64,000 nt of DNA from Gemmatimonadaceae bacterium (GCA_051859245.1 JBHYGA010000001.1:224001-288000); one strand, 5' to 3'. Counted from the first letter of the stretch, positions 10,043 to 21,026 are shown. Numbers and translations are program-made. The notes: generated from the letters alone by a model not told the origin.

Positions 10043-10624
10043 ATGATCAGCGCCGACAAGTCTGCTCGCGAATACCTGTATCTGCAGGCAATAGCGTACG
10101 CAGTGATTGAATCACCGCTGATGTTTGCGCTGTTGCCACCGGGTGCGACTCCCATGGGGTGGCCGATGTTTTTCGGCGGCACGCTGTGCGCAGGCATCGC
10201 GACTGTTGCGTTGCAACGCGGTCTGGCCGCGATGCTCTCGGGCGTGATCGGAAGTGCTACCGGCATGAGCGGCGGTGGTGGTGCGACCACCTCATACTTT
10301 GCGATGTCTCAGGTGCAAAGTCTGATCGTGCGCGAGCGTTGGGACGAAGCCGTCGCCCAACTTCAGGCCGCCAGCCGTGTGCATAAGGGCGAGACTGGGG
10401 CCATCATCTCGCAACAACTCGCTGACCTGCTCAGCTTCAAACTGCACCAGCCGGAAGAAGCCGTGCGCAGTTATCGCAAGGCGCGCGACGCATGGTCCAC
10501 CGTACACGGCATTCGCGGTGAGGAGGGCGTGGTGTACTGCACGCGTCGCCTGATCGATCTGTATGACGATGCGCTTGGCAACGCCGGTGCGGCCGAACGC
10601 GAGCGAGCCCGTTTGCACGCCTAG
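10043..10624 (+). CDS. Hypothetical membrane protein with C-terminal TPR-like helices
   Basis: Two N-terminal hydrophobic segments and a helical C-terminus; fills the gap after PepSY. Confidence 0.6.
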   Translation: MISADKSAREYLYLQAIAYAVIESPLMFALLPPGATPMGWPMFFGGTLCAGIATVALQRGLAAMLSGVIGSATGMSGGGGATTSYFAMSQVQSLIVRERWDEAVAQLQAASRVHKGETGAIISQQLADLLSFKLHQPEEAVRSYRKARDAWSTVHGIRGEEGVVYCTRRLIDLYDDALGNAGAAERERARLHA

Positions 10625-10660
10625 CGTTCGCCTGGCGCATGCCGTCGCGAACTGTGGCCG

Positions 10661-11905
10661 TCAGCCGGTGAACAGGTGAATGAACAGCTGACAGAACACT
10701 GCACCGACAATTGTCATCGAGAAGCCCCACAGCAGCAGACTGCGGAACAGTTTGGCCGGATCATGCCCTTCGGGAAGCGCGGCAATGCACAATGCGCCGA
10801 GCGTAGAAAGCGGCGACACATCAACCAGCGCGGCTCCGACGTTGATGCTGAATGCGATTTCCAGCGGATCGCCGCCGCCGAGTTTCTCCACGAGGCCCGG
10901 TATGGCCGGAATGAACGTGGGATACACCACACCAGACGTAGAGCTGTACGTGGAAATGGTGCCGGTTACAAACGCCATCATGCCGTTGACCGTCTCCGGT
11001 GTCGCTACGCGCGCGAGCAGCGTGGTGAAGAGATCCATGCCGCCGGTTCCCTCAAGCACACCAACAAGCACACTTACACCGCACACCATGACAATCACGG
11101 CGAGCGGTACCTGCTTGATCATCGACGCATCGTCAACGGTTTTGAATAACACCAGCAGCGCAGCGGCGGCGAACGCTGCCAGTCCAAGATTCACCTTGAG
11201 AAACACCACTGCACACATCCACACGGCGCCGATGAGCAGGGTGATCGTTTGACGGCGATCAAGTGGCGGGGCGACTTCGAACTCCACCATCGTGTGTTCG
11301 CGCAACAGTTTCGGACCACCAAACAGCGCCCAGGCCGCAAGCGCCGCGAGCGCGTGCGCGGCGAAGTTTGCGGCCCACACGGCCCACTCGTGTCCACCGA
11401 GACCAACCCGCTCCATTGACGACGAGACAACGACACCAACAGAGCTGAAGGGCGAAAGATTGCCCGCGTTCGCGCCGTTGCCGACCATGAGCGCGGTGAG
11501 CAGCATTGGAATACGCGCGCGATGACTGGCGGCCATGGCGAGCGGCGCGAGCAACGCCAGCGTGGCAATGGATCCCGGTCCCACAGTACTGATCGCGCAC
11601 GCGAACACAAAGAACATGAGTGGTAACCACGCAACCTGACCGCCGCACAGTCGCAAGGCTCGTTGTGTCACCGCCGCCATCGTACCGTTCGCCTGCGCAG
11701 CACCAAAGAGCAGGGTCACGCCAAGCAGCGTGAGAAAGAGCGACGCCGGAAACGTGGCCATGAGCGCGTCGACTTTCCAACCCGCTGCGTACATGGCCAC
11801 CGGCCACGCAACGGCGACGGCCAGAATACCAACATTCAGTTTGGTGCCAAAGCTGGCGACGATCACTACGAGCAATGCGAGCAGTGACAGCGTAGCCGGG
11901 CTCAT
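10661..11905 (-). CDS. matC: Dicarboxylate (malonate) carrier, MatC/SLC13-like
   Basis: Multi-TM; NVGILA, FP.SLF.TLLGVTLLF.AQ.NGT, SPLSTLGAL; ATGA overlap with matB. Confidence 0.8.
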   Translation of the reverse strand: MSPATLSLLALLVVIVASFGTKLNVGILAVAVAWPVAMYAAGWKVDALMATFPASLFLTLLGVTLLFGAAQANGTMAAVTQRALRLCGGQVAWLPLMFFVFACAISTVGPGSIATLALLAPLAMAASHRARIPMLLTALMVGNGANAGNLSPFSSVGVVVSSSMERVGLGGHEWAVWAANFAAHALAALAAWALFGGPKLLREHTMVEFEVAPPLDRRQTITLLIGAVWMCAVVFLKVNLGLAAFAAAALLVLFKTVDDASMIKQVPLAVIVMVCGVSVLVGVLEGTGGMDLFTTLLARVATPETVNGMMAFVTGTISTYSSTSGVVYPTFIPAIPGLVEKLGGGDPLEIAFSINVGAALVDVSPLSTLGALCIAALPEGHDPAKLFRSLLLWGFSMTIVGAVFCQLFIHLFTG

Positions 11906-13377
11906 GTTCCGTGTGTCGGCAGCAGATGTTTTTGTACTTTGCCGAGCGCGGTACGCGGGAGTGCGTCAACACGCACAAACGCACGTGGCACCTTGAATGA
12001 CGCGAGCTCCTTGCGCACCTGCGCCTCAATCACGGCCAAATCCGTGGCGGCATCACACACCAGATACGCCACCGGCACCTCACCACGCACCGGATCGGGT
12101 TGACCTGCGACGGCGGCCTCATGCACACCATCAAACGTGGTGAGCAGCTCTTCAATTTCGCGCGGATAAATGTTGAAGCCGCCCGAAATAATCAGGTCAG
12201 AGCGTCGCCCTTGCAGCGTGATGTATCCATCAGCAGATAGCACGCCAATGTCACCGGTGCGGAACCAGCCATCGACGAATGCCGCTGTGGTTGCGTCCTC
12301 TCGCATCCAGTAACCGCTGCACACGTTCGGGCCGCGCACCCACAGCTCGCCACTGCAGTCCGCACCAACAGCACGGTTCGCTGCATCGCGAATCTCGACA
12401 CTCACCAGCGGCAGTGCGCGCCCCACCGTGCCCGGACGGCGCTCGCCCACGAGTGGATTGCTGACATTCATGAACGTTTCGGTCATGCCGTACCGCTCAA
12501 GGATCGTGTGACCAAAGGTGTCGGCAAACTGCCCCAGTACCGAGGCTGGCAGTGGCGCGGATCCGGAGACAAACAACCGTGCACGCGCCCCAATGGCACG
12601 TGCGCGGTCAGCGGGTACGTCAAGCAACCGCACGTACATGGTGGGTACACCAAAGAACAGCGTGGGTTGATACGATTCAAACCATTGCACAGCAAGCGCG
12701 GCGTCGAATCGTTCAACCAGCCGCATGTGACACCCACTCGCCAGCCAGCACTGCACGCCGTTGCCGAGTCCATGCACATGGAAGAGCGGCAGCGCGGCGA
12801 GATACCGATCCGACGCGGTGATCTGCCACGCGGTGAGCAATGACAGCGCATTGGCGGCAAAGTTGCCGTGCGTGAGGATCGCTCCTTTGGCCAGACCAGT
12901 TGTGCCCGACGTATAAATGAGCGCCGCTGGCGTATCCGCGCGCGACAGCACGACGTCGCGGTGCGCGGGCCGTACGCTCGCGGCGTTGGTGAGCGCATCT
13001 ACATCCCAGAGTTCAACGCCGGTCGGGAAATCGGCGCTGCGATCAGCAGTGGTCACCACCGCGCGAGGCGCCGAGTCGGAACAGATGTGCCGGATCTCGC
13101 GCGCCTTGTACAACACGTTGATTGGCACCACGATCACGCCGAGCTTGACGCAGGCCAGCCACAGGTCAATCACCTCCACCCGATTGGGCAGGCAAAAGGC
13201 CAGTCGGTCGCCGGGGCGCAGGCCACGATCCTTAAGCAGCGAGGCAAGCTGATTGCTCCGCGCCTCAAGGTCGGCGAACCGCAGCGACAGCAGTGCGCCA
13301 TCGGCAGTGGCACACTCCAGTGCCGGCTGGCTGGCGCGTCCGAGCAGCGACGCATCGTAAAGTTCGAGCAGCGACAT
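11902..13377 (-). CDS. matB: Acyl-CoA synthetase, malonyl-CoA synthetase-like
   Basis: YTSGTTG, LPLFHVHGL, GVPTMY.RL, ERYGMTE, FRTGD, GKVQK; adjacent to matC. Confidence 0.82.
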   Translation of the reverse strand: MSLLELYDASLLGRASQPALECATADGALLSLRFADLEARSNQLASLLKDRGLRPGDRLAFCLPNRVEVIDLWLACVKLGVIVVPINVLYKAREIRHICSDSAPRAVVTTADRSADFPTGVELWDVDALTNAASVRPAHRDVVLSRADTPAALIYTSGTTGLAKGAILTHGNFAANALSLLTAWQITASDRYLAALPLFHVHGLGNGVQCWLASGCHMRLVERFDAALAVQWFESYQPTLFFGVPTMYVRLLDVPADRARAIGARARLFVSGSAPLPASVLGQFADTFGHTILERYGMTETFMNVSNPLVGERRPGTVGRALPLVSVEIRDAANRAVGADCSGELWVRGPNVCSGYWMREDATTAAFVDGWFRTGDIGVLSADGYITLQGRRSDLIISGGFNIYPREIEELLTTFDGVHEAAVAGQPDPVRGEVPVAYLVCDAATDLAVIEAQVRKELASFKVPRAFVRVDALPRTALGKVQKHLLPTHGT

Positions 13378-13461
13378 GCGAGCAATGTACGAGTGCCGCG
13401 CCACTTCCGCCGCCATCTGAACACGAAGGCGGACCCGCGCGTAGTTTGAGAGGTCCCTTCT

Positions 13462-15243
13462 TTGTCTCCCTCCCCATCTGGATCCCGGAACGGCTTCATG
13501 GTGCGCTTGTGCGCGGTTCGCCCCTTCCTGCTGCTGATTGCCTGCTTCGTACTCACACCACGAGTTACTGCGTCACAATCCCTGGCCGCCGTGCCGGTCG
13601 GTTCCAGCGAACTGCGCGATACCATTGCGCTGTACTCCACCGACCGGGCCGCGCTTGGTCGACGCTGGACCGTGGAATACTCACCCGCTCGGCGCGATCG
13701 GTTTGATGCCTTCTATCGCGAATGGCAGGCTCGACTCGCCGAGGTGCGCTTCGAGTCGCTTAGCCAGGAAGGTCGCATTGACTACATATTGCTCGATCAT
13801 CGGCTGCGCTTTGAACGGGCGCAGCTGCAGCGCGAAGCGAAGTTTGCCGCGGAAATGGCGCCGCGCGTGCCATTCGCGAGTGTGATCACGGGCTTTGAAG
13901 AGTCGCGCCGCCGGTTTGACAAGGTTGACGGCGCCGCAACGGCAAAAGCGCTGTCGACACTGGCGACGCAGGTGGACAGTTTCACCAAGCTCACGCGTGC
14001 CAAACGCACCGACTCGGTGACGCGCGCCGAGAAAATTATTGCTCTGCGATCCATCAAGTACGTGGGTGATTTGCAGACCACCGTGCGCAACTGGCAGCGC
14101 TTTTATTCGGGGTATGATCCGTTGTTCTCCTGGTGGACGGACGACCCGTTCCGTCGCGCGAACGACGCGATCACGAAGTATTCGCGCGCTATTCGCGAAG
14201 AGATCGTTGGCCAGCGGGAAGGTCAGGAGGAGCCAATCATTGGTGATCCGATCGGTGCGAGCGGACTGGCGGAAGATCTGGATGCCGAAATGATCGCCTA
14301 CACGCCGGAAGAGTTGATTGCGCTTGCTGAACGCGAGTTCACGTGGATTGAATCCGAGCAGAAGAAAGCCGCGCGCGAGATGGGATTTGGCGACGACTGG
14401 CGGGCCGCGCTCGAGTCGGTAAAACAAGCCTACGTTCCGCCTGGCGAACAGCCGGAGTTAATTCGCCGACTCGCGCGTGAAGCCGTCGCGTTCATCACCG
14501 AGCGCGATCTTGTCACGGTTCCGCCGCTGGCCGACGAGATCTGGCGCATGGAGATGATGTCGCCGCGTCAGCAGCTGGTCTCGCCGTTCTTTCTCGGCGG
14601 TGAGATCATTCAGGTGGCGTATCCAACGGATTCCATGACGCACGAAGACAAGCTCATGAGCATGCGCGGTAATAACCCGCATTTCTCCATGGCCACTGTG
14701 CATCACGAGCTGATTCCCGGTCATCACTTACAGGGGTTCATGACCTCGCGATACAACACGCATCGACAGCTGTTCAGCACCCCGTTCTGGGGCGAAGGCT
14801 GGGCGCTATACTGGGAAATGCTGTTGTGGGATCAAGGGTTTGCAAAAACACCGCAGGATCGCATGGGCATGCTGTTCTGGCGTTCACATCGTCTGGCTCG
14901 CATCATCTTCTCCTTGCGTGTGCATCTTGGTACGATGACGCCGCAGGAGGCGATTGATTTGCTGGTGAATCGTGTGGGACACGAGCGCGCCAACGCCGAG
15001 GCCGAAGTACGCCGCTCGTTTAATGGCACATACTCGCCGTTATATCAGGCGGCGTACATGCTGGGTGGGTTGCAGATTCGCTCGCTGCATCGTGAACTCG
15101 TGCAAAGCGGCCGGATGAGCAACAAGCAGTTTCACGATACAATTCTGCAGGGCGGTCGCATGCCGATCGAGATGGTGCGTGCGCGACTGCTCGGCACACC
15201 GCTCACGCGCGACCATCGCGCGAGTTGGAAGTTCATTCAGTAG
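13462..15243 (+). CDS. DUF885 family putative secreted metallopeptidase
   Basis: HHELIPGHHLQ, EGWALYWE, YQAAYMLG; start uncertain (TTG 13462 or ATG 13498). Confidence 0.85.
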   Translation: MSPSPSGSRNGFMVRLCAVRPFLLLIACFVLTPRVTASQSLAAVPVGSSELRDTIALYSTDRAALGRRWTVEYSPARRDRFDAFYREWQARLAEVRFESLSQEGRIDYILLDHRLRFERAQLQREAKFAAEMAPRVPFASVITGFEESRRRFDKVDGAATAKALSTLATQVDSFTKLTRAKRTDSVTRAEKIIALRSIKYVGDLQTTVRNWQRFYSGYDPLFSWWTDDPFRRANDAITKYSRAIREEIVGQREGQEEPIIGDPIGASGLAEDLDAEMIAYTPEELIALAEREFTWIESEQKKAAREMGFGDDWRAALESVKQAYVPPGEQPELIRRLAREAVAFITERDLVTVPPLADEIWRMEMMSPRQQLVSPFFLGGEIIQVAYPTDSMTHEDKLMSMRGNNPHFSMATVHHELIPGHHLQGFMTSRYNTHRQLFSTPFWGEGWALYWEMLLWDQGFAKTPQDRMGMLFWRSHRLARIIFSLRVHLGTMTPQEAIDLLVNRVGHERANAEAEVRRSFNGTYSPLYQAAYMLGGLQIRSLHRELVQSGRMSNKQFHDTILQGGRMPIEMVRARLLGTPLTRDHRASWKFIQ

Positions 15244-15304
15244 GCACTTTTGTTGTAGCAGTTCGTCGCATAACCGCAGTCCTCATTTGCTTCAGGGATT
15301 ACAC

Positions 15305-17845
15305 ATGTCTTCTCGATCGACTCTGTTCCACCGCTCTGCAGCGGTGCTCACCGCCGGACTTGCCCTTGGGTTGTCCAGCTGCAAGACGGCACCTGCGGCC
15401 GGTCCAACCACTGCGCCGGCGCGCACCGCCTTGCCCACGACTGGCGCACAGGACTCAACGCGTACCGCTGGCGCGGGCGGTGCGGGAGCCGCGGCCCAAG
15501 GCCCGCGTCCGTACCGACAGGTGATCACGGACCGCACGCAAACGCAGGATGGCCTGTTCAAAGTGCATCGCATTGGCGAGCGCTTGCTGTTCGAGATTCC
15601 TGCCGCGCAGATCGGCAAGGAGATGCTGCTGATCAGCCGTCCGGTTGAATCCACGCTCCAGAATCCGGCCGGTTTCTTTGGCGGCGGCACACGCCTGACC
15701 GTGCAGTGGGATCGGGAAGGCAATCGTGTCGTGTTGCGCGAAAAGCGGCACAATCTGGTGGCCGATTCGACTGCCGCGATCTGGCGTCAGGTGTCGGGCT
15801 TCCGCAAAGGCGCAGTGCTCGCGGTTTTCAACGTGTCGGCGTTTGGACCCGATAGCGCGGCGGTGATCGATGTGAGCGACCTGTTCCTGTCGAACATTCC
15901 GGAACTCGCGCCTGTGGAAGGCATTGTGCGCACGCGCAGCTGGGTCGACAAAACGTGGGCATTCCCGCAGAACATCAACATTGAAGTCACGCAGTCCGGT
16001 GCGTCGCGTCCGCCCGCGGCAGGTGGTCCTGGCGGTGGCGGCGCGCCTGGCGCGCAGGCGCCGCTGCGGTCACAAACCGCGCGCGTGCACTTCAGCATGG
16101 TCACGCTTCCAGATGTGCCGATGATGCCGCGTTGGCAGGATGATCGCGTTGGCTTCATCTCAAGCGCTGCGTTTGATATGTCGCGCCCCGTGCAAAAAGC
16201 CGAGGAAGTGCGCTTCATTCATCGCTTCAAACTCGTCAAGAAGAATCCGAACGCCGCGGTTTCAGATCCGGTCGAGCCGATCATTTACTGGATCGATCCG
16301 GCAACGCCAGACTGGCTCAAGCCGTGGATTATTTCGGGTGTCGACAAGTGGCAGGAAGCATTCCTGGAGGCGGGCTTCAGCAACGCGATCTTTGGTCGCA
16401 TTGCACCAACACCAGAGCAGGATCCGAACTTCTCGCTCTTTGATGCGCGTCATTCGGTGATCTACTGGCGTCCCAGCACCGTGGCCAACGCCACGGGTGG
16501 CCAGATCGTTGACCCGCGCTCGGGCCAGATCATCAAGGGCGAAGTGAACATGTATCACAACATCATGGAGCTGCAGAAGAACTGGTATTTCATTCAGGTC
16601 TCGCCGCTCGATGTGCGTGCGCAAAAATTGCCGATGCCCGATTCGCTGATGGGACGCCTCGTTGAGTACGTAGTGACGCACGAAATCGGACACTCGATTG
16701 GTTTTCCGCACAACATGAAGTCGTCGGCACAGTATCCCGTGGATTCCATTCGCAGCCGCACATTCCTTGAGCGCATGAACGGACACGTGGCCACGCTCAT
16801 GGATTACTCGCGCTTCAACTATGTTGCGCAACCAGAAGACAACATTCCGCCGGATCTCCTGATTCCGAAGGTTGGACCGTACGACAAGTTTGCGGTCAAG
16901 TGGGGCTACTCACCGATTCCCGGCGCGCGTACGCCCGACGAAGAAAAGCCCACCCTTGATCAGTGGGCGCGTCAACAGGATCAGTTCCCGTGGCTGCGTT
17001 TTACCACGGCTGATGCCACGGCCGATCCGGAAGACCTCACCGAAGCCGTGGGCGATGCCGACGCCGTGAAGGCCACCACACTCGGCATGAAAAATCTCAC
17101 GCGCGTGGTGGGGATGATTCGCAGTGCGGCCGAAAAGCCCGGCGAGAGCTACGCGGAGGTGGCCACGCTGTACAATGAAGCCGTTGGACAGTGGGGACGG
17201 TACATGAGTCACGTTGCCGCCGTGGTTGGTGGCGCGTACACGCAGGAAAAGTACGGTACGGGCGAACGCTTTCGTCCCGTGGAAAAGGCGCGTCAGCGCG
17301 AAGCGGTGCGCTATCTGAATCAGGCGGCGTTTCAGGTGCCGGCCATGTTCCTTGATCCGTCGTTGCTGCGTCGCATTGAGAACGAAGGCGCGGTGGATCG
17401 TTTCCGCACGCGTCAGGCCAGTGTGGTGAACTCGCTCATGAATGCGGGCCGACTCAATCGCCTCGCTGAGTTTGAAGCGTTGGCTGAGCGTCCGTCCGAT
17501 GTGTACACGTTGGCCGATCTGATGACCGACATGCGCGCGGGCATCTGGGGCGAGCTCAACGGTTCAAACGTTCGTGTGAACGTGTATCGTCGCAACTTGC
17601 AGCGCGCATTCCTGGCGGCGGCGGATTCACGGTTGAACCCGGCACCCGCAGCAGGCGCCGCTGGCGCGGGTGCCGCAGCCGCCGCTCCGGCATCGTCCGA
17701 TGTGCGCGGTCTCCTGCGCGCGGAGTTGCAGGACCTTGACCGTCTCGCGCAGGCAGCGCTCGGTCGCACGTCCGATCCGATGACACGCATTCACCTGCGC
17801 GATGTACGCACGGAGATTGCCAAGATTCTCGATCCGAAGCAGTAA
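15305..17845 (+). CDS. Zinc-dependent metalloprotease lipoprotein (DUF5117/DUF4953 metzincin)
   Basis: Lipobox LSSC, HEIGHSIGFPH, Met-turn LMDY, DPRSGQI, GPYD. Confidence 0.9.
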   Translation: MSSRSTLFHRSAAVLTAGLALGLSSCKTAPAAGPTTAPARTALPTTGAQDSTRTAGAGGAGAAAQGPRPYRQVITDRTQTQDGLFKVHRIGERLLFEIPAAQIGKEMLLISRPVESTLQNPAGFFGGGTRLTVQWDREGNRVVLREKRHNLVADSTAAIWRQVSGFRKGAVLAVFNVSAFGPDSAAVIDVSDLFLSNIPELAPVEGIVRTRSWVDKTWAFPQNINIEVTQSGASRPPAAGGPGGGGAPGAQAPLRSQTARVHFSMVTLPDVPMMPRWQDDRVGFISSAAFDMSRPVQKAEEVRFIHRFKLVKKNPNAAVSDPVEPIIYWIDPATPDWLKPWIISGVDKWQEAFLEAGFSNAIFGRIAPTPEQDPNFSLFDARHSVIYWRPSTVANATGGQIVDPRSGQIIKGEVNMYHNIMELQKNWYFIQVSPLDVRAQKLPMPDSLMGRLVEYVVTHEIGHSIGFPHNMKSSAQYPVDSIRSRTFLERMNGHVATLMDYSRFNYVAQPEDNIPPDLLIPKVGPYDKFAVKWGYSPIPGARTPDEEKPTLDQWARQQDQFPWLRFTTADATADPEDLTEAVGDADAVKATTLGMKNLTRVVGMIRSAAEKPGESYAEVATLYNEAVGQWGRYMSHVAAVVGGAYTQEKYGTGERFRPVEKARQREAVRYLNQAAFQVPAMFLDPSLLRRIENEGAVDRFRTRQASVVNSLMNAGRLNRLAEFEALAERPSDVYTLADLMTDMRAGIWGELNGSNVRVNVYRRNLQRAFLAAADSRLNPAPAAGAAGAGAAAAAPASSDVRGLLRAELQDLDRLAQAALGRTSDPMTRIHLRDVRTEIAKILDPKQ

Positions 17846-17851
17846 GCACAA

Positions 17852-17891
17852 CGAGCGGTAGTCGACAGCAACCACTGTCGGCTACCGCTCG
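17852..17891. terminator. Long hairpin between convergent genes (likely bidirectional terminator)
   Basis: 17-bp stem cgagcggtagtcgacag / ctgtcggctaccgctcg with one wobble. Confidence 0.75.
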
Positions 17892-17924
17892 GCGTTAACT
17901 CCGTTCCTCGTTCTTGCAGTGCAT

Positions 17925-19169
17925 CTACCGCCGTCGCGCGGTAATGACGGTGTTGATTTCGTCCGGTCGCGCATTGAGAAAATCAAGTTGCACGCGACCG
18001 TCCGCGCGGGTACTCACGGTAGCTGGAATCGAACTGTTGGTGAGTACCCAACCGGCAGGTAGCACCACCGTGTTGGCGGGTCGACCGAAAGCGCGGTCCC
18101 ACACCAGTTCGTCACCCACGAGCTTGTAGCGCACACTGTCGGTGTACGTCTCCGACATGCGCAGGCGCACCGACGATCCTGCCGTTACCGACGCAAAGTG
18201 AAACACGACGACTTCTGTTTCCGGCGTCACGTTCGACACGGCGAGTTTTGCGTCGGTGATTGCTCGGCCGCGCAGTACGTCCCATCGCAGCGCCTCGCCG
18301 GTATCGAGATTACGCGCGCTCGGATTTGAAACGGAGCTGCCCGCGCGCACCACGTTGAGATACGTGCTCGTTCCCGGGCGCGTCTCCGTGTAGTCATGAT
18401 ACAGATCAAACGCGTGTGTTTCTGGTTGCTGCAGGAAATACACGATCTCGCGATCCTGATGCGCGCGCTCCACCAGTCGTGCGGCAACGCTTGATCGATT
18501 CGCACGTGTGGCCGCGCCGGTGTTCGGTATCGCACGCAGTGTGACGGGCGCTTCGGCTGGCGTGGTGTTCAGGAAGCTGATCCCGATGCGACCGTCTTCT
18601 TCCTGCAATATCTGCGCGGGGTATGACGACGAGACGAGTTCATAACCAGCGGGCAGCACCACCGCGTTGCGTTTGATACCGAGTGGACGAGTGAACACAA
18701 TGGTGTCGCCGCGCGTGTAGTAGCTCGCGCGATCTTCATACGTTTTGATGATCAGCACGCGCTGCTCCCCGCCGCTATCGGGCACCGGTCGGGTAAGCCG
18801 AACGCGAATGTAGCGCTGCAAGCTGTCGTTCACGCGAATGCCACCGGCGCGCGCCTCGGCGGCGCCTACTTCTTCAAACGGCAGCGGCTTGCCGCTGGCG
18901 CGGTCAAACACGGATTCGTCACTGGCAATGCTGCCCGAACGAATTGCGTTGAAATAGTACGTGGCGCCCGCCGTTGTGGCCGTCACTTCGTACAGAATGC
19001 GAAACTTGCCGCTGGTCGGCGCCTGCAACTCGTAGCGCGTGTACGCGTCGGCTTCTGTTTGCCGCGGCGGAGCAGGCGTACTGCTGCGCGGCGCTTGAGC
19101 GTGTACCAGGGTCGCCAGCAACGGGGCGGCAACACACGAAATCAGGGGCGACAGGATGTGAGGGCGCAT
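17925..19169 (-). CDS. Secreted hypothetical protein with an internally duplicated domain
   Basis: Signal peptide ending VHA; two homologous halves (NAVVLPAGYEL / NTVVLPAGWVL). Confidence 0.8.
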   Translation of the reverse strand: MRPHILSPLISCVAAPLLATLVHAQAPRSSTPAPPRQTEADAYTRYELQAPTSGKFRILYEVTATTAGATYYFNAIRSGSIASDESVFDRASGKPLPFEEVGAAEARAGGIRVNDSLQRYIRVRLTRPVPDSGGEQRVLIIKTYEDRASYYTRGDTIVFTRPLGIKRNAVVLPAGYELVSSSYPAQILQEEDGRIGISFLNTTPAEAPVTLRAIPNTGAATRANRSSVAARLVERAHQDREIVYFLQQPETHAFDLYHDYTETRPGTSTYLNVVRAGSSVSNPSARNLDTGEALRWDVLRGRAITDAKLAVSNVTPETEVVVFHFASVTAGSSVRLRMSETYTDSVRYKLVGDELVWDRAFGRPANTVVLPAGWVLTNSSIPATVSTRADGRVQLDFLNARPDEINTVITARRR

Positions 19170-19308
19170 GCGCCAACATGCGGCGTGACGCGGCCCTTCG
19201 CGAGCCCTGACAACGTCGGCCAACTTCCCTCGGTCCGCTCAAGCGGTGACATTCATCGAGTCAACATCCTTGCGCACTCCTGCCGAGTCCGCTTCTTCGG
19301 AGATTCTC

Positions 19309-20415
19309 ATGTCGATGCTCTCCCGTTCGCCGTCCACGCGCAATCGTGCGGCTCGCCCATCTTCGCTGTTTTGCTGGAGGACCACGGGCGCCGTTTCACG
19401 CATGCTCAGTCGCACGATGCTCGGCAGCACACTGCTCGGCACTACGCTGTTCGGCGGGCCACAGGCGCTCGGCGCGCAGGTGCCCGGGTTCAGCGGCACG
19501 CTCGTGGTTACGAATAAAACGCCCAACACCGCGACCATTATTGATGTCGCTTCGGGGCGTACGCTGGCCACGTTGCCTACGGGATTTGGTCCGCATGAAG
19601 TCGTGCTGGCCAGCGACGGCCGGACCGCGGTGGTCACGGATTATGGCACTGGTCCGCGACCGGGCAACACGCTCACCGTCATCGACGTTACTACCCAGTC
19701 CGTCGCGCGCACTATTCCGCTCGGGACGTATACGCGACCACATGGGATCGTTTTCTTGCCCGGTGATTCAACCGTGGCGGTGACATCTGAAGCGGCGCGT
19801 GCCGTGGTAGTGGTGCACGTGCGAACCGGTGCGATTGTGCGTGCGGCAATGACCGACAAAGCAGGCTCGCACATGGTCGGTGTTGCCGCCGACGGTGTGC
19901 AGGCGTGGACCGGCGACATGGGCAGCAACACGGTCACCGAACTCGATCTGCGCTCGGGCAAAGCCATGCGCAGCATTGATGTACCGGCCACGCCGGAAGC
20001 GATCAACGTGACGGCCGACGCCAGTGAAATCTGGGTCGGCAGCAACGCGACCGGGCGGATCAGCGTCGTGGACAACTACACGGGCGCCGTGGTGACGGCC
20101 GCTGAAGGATTTCAGTGGCCGTATCGTGTGTTGTTTTCGCGTGATGCCGAAACGGTCATGATTCCCGACTACCGCGGCGAAGAACTGCGATTCATTGCCC
20201 GTCGTAGTCGCGCCGAGTTGGGTCGTATGAAGTTCACCGGCGGCGGACCGCAGGGCATCGTCACTACGCCCGACGGTCGTTACGCGTTGCTGTCGTTAAG
20301 CCGTGAAGCCCGTGTTGCGGTGATCGATATCAAGGAGCGAAAGGTGGTGGGGCATATCGCGGCTGGCGAAACGCCGGACGGCATCGCGTATACCCCGACC
20401 GTGGTGACGCGTTAA
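19309..20415 (+). CDS. YncE/YVTN beta-propeller protein
   Basis: Repeats TG.GPHEV..DG, PHGI, PEAI, PQGI, PDGI; GGAG RBS; start uncertain. Confidence 0.85.
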   Translation: MSMLSRSPSTRNRAARPSSLFCWRTTGAVSRMLSRTMLGSTLLGTTLFGGPQALGAQVPGFSGTLVVTNKTPNTATIIDVASGRTLATLPTGFGPHEVVLASDGRTAVVTDYGTGPRPGNTLTVIDVTTQSVARTIPLGTYTRPHGIVFLPGDSTVAVTSEAARAVVVVHVRTGAIVRAAMTDKAGSHMVGVAADGVQAWTGDMGSNTVTELDLRSGKAMRSIDVPATPEAINVTADASEIWVGSNATGRISVVDNYTGAVVTAAEGFQWPYRVLFSRDAETVMIPDYRGEELRFIARRSRAELGRMKFTGGGPQGIVTTPDGRYALLSLSREARVAVIDIKERKVVGHIAAGETPDGIAYTPTVVTR

Positions 20416-20429
20416 ACCGCACGGCGTGA

Positions 20430-21026
20430 TCAGTGTGCCACCGATTGCTGCATGAGCGCACGGGAGAGCTCCACCTTGGAACGGACGCCCAGTTTGCGGT
20501 ACACGTGTTCCGTGTGCCGGCGAGCCGTGTGGTAGGTGATCGACAGGGCCTCTGCGATCTTCTTGCTCGGCGCGCCGGCGGCCACCATCGACGCGACCTG
20601 ACGCTCGCGCTCGCTGAGACGCTCTCGCAGGATCGTTTCACGGTTGGCCATCTGGATGCCCTCGCGTACCACGATGGCGATAGGCCATTCGTGACGGGTG
20701 CGCACCGTATGCACGGCCCAGTGACTGCCGTCGAATGGGTCGGTGACACGGGTGATCACGCGCGGCGTGGCCTGCATGCGGGGGGCTTCGTCGGCGGCGA
20801 ACGCGGCGCGGGCCGCCTGACGGAAGCGATCCAGCATGGCGTCTCGGTCCTGGTGCTGGGCCAGCAGCGCGGTGGCGCCGGGTGACACGTGGAGCGTGGA
20901 CTCGGCGCGATCGAGGCACACAAACGGAATCTCGTAGCGCACGAGGATCTCCAGATCCGGATGCCACGTTTCAACGTCGTGCGCGGTTTTCAGTAGCGGC
21001 GATGGGCGATAGTTCGACTCAATCAT
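20430..21026 (-). CDS. LuxR-type HTH regulator with PAS-like N-terminus
   Basis: LSERERQV..KIAEALSIT.HTARRH..YRKLGV; GGAGG RBS before ATG 21026. Confidence 0.88.
   Translation of the reverse strand: MIESNYRPSPLLKTAHDVETWHPDLEILVRYEIPFVCLDRAESTLHVSPGATALLAQHQDRDAMLDRFRQAARAAFAADEAPRMQATPRVITRVTDPFDGSHWAVHTVRTRHEWPIAIVVREGIQMANRETILRERLSERERQVASMVAAGAPSKKIAEALSITYHTARRHTEHVYRKLGVRSKVELSRALMQQSVAH

Noticed and set aside
11902..13377. p-coumarate-CoA ligase serving PYP
   Set aside because: MatB-type motifs, coupled to a MatC carrier, and 18 kb from pyp
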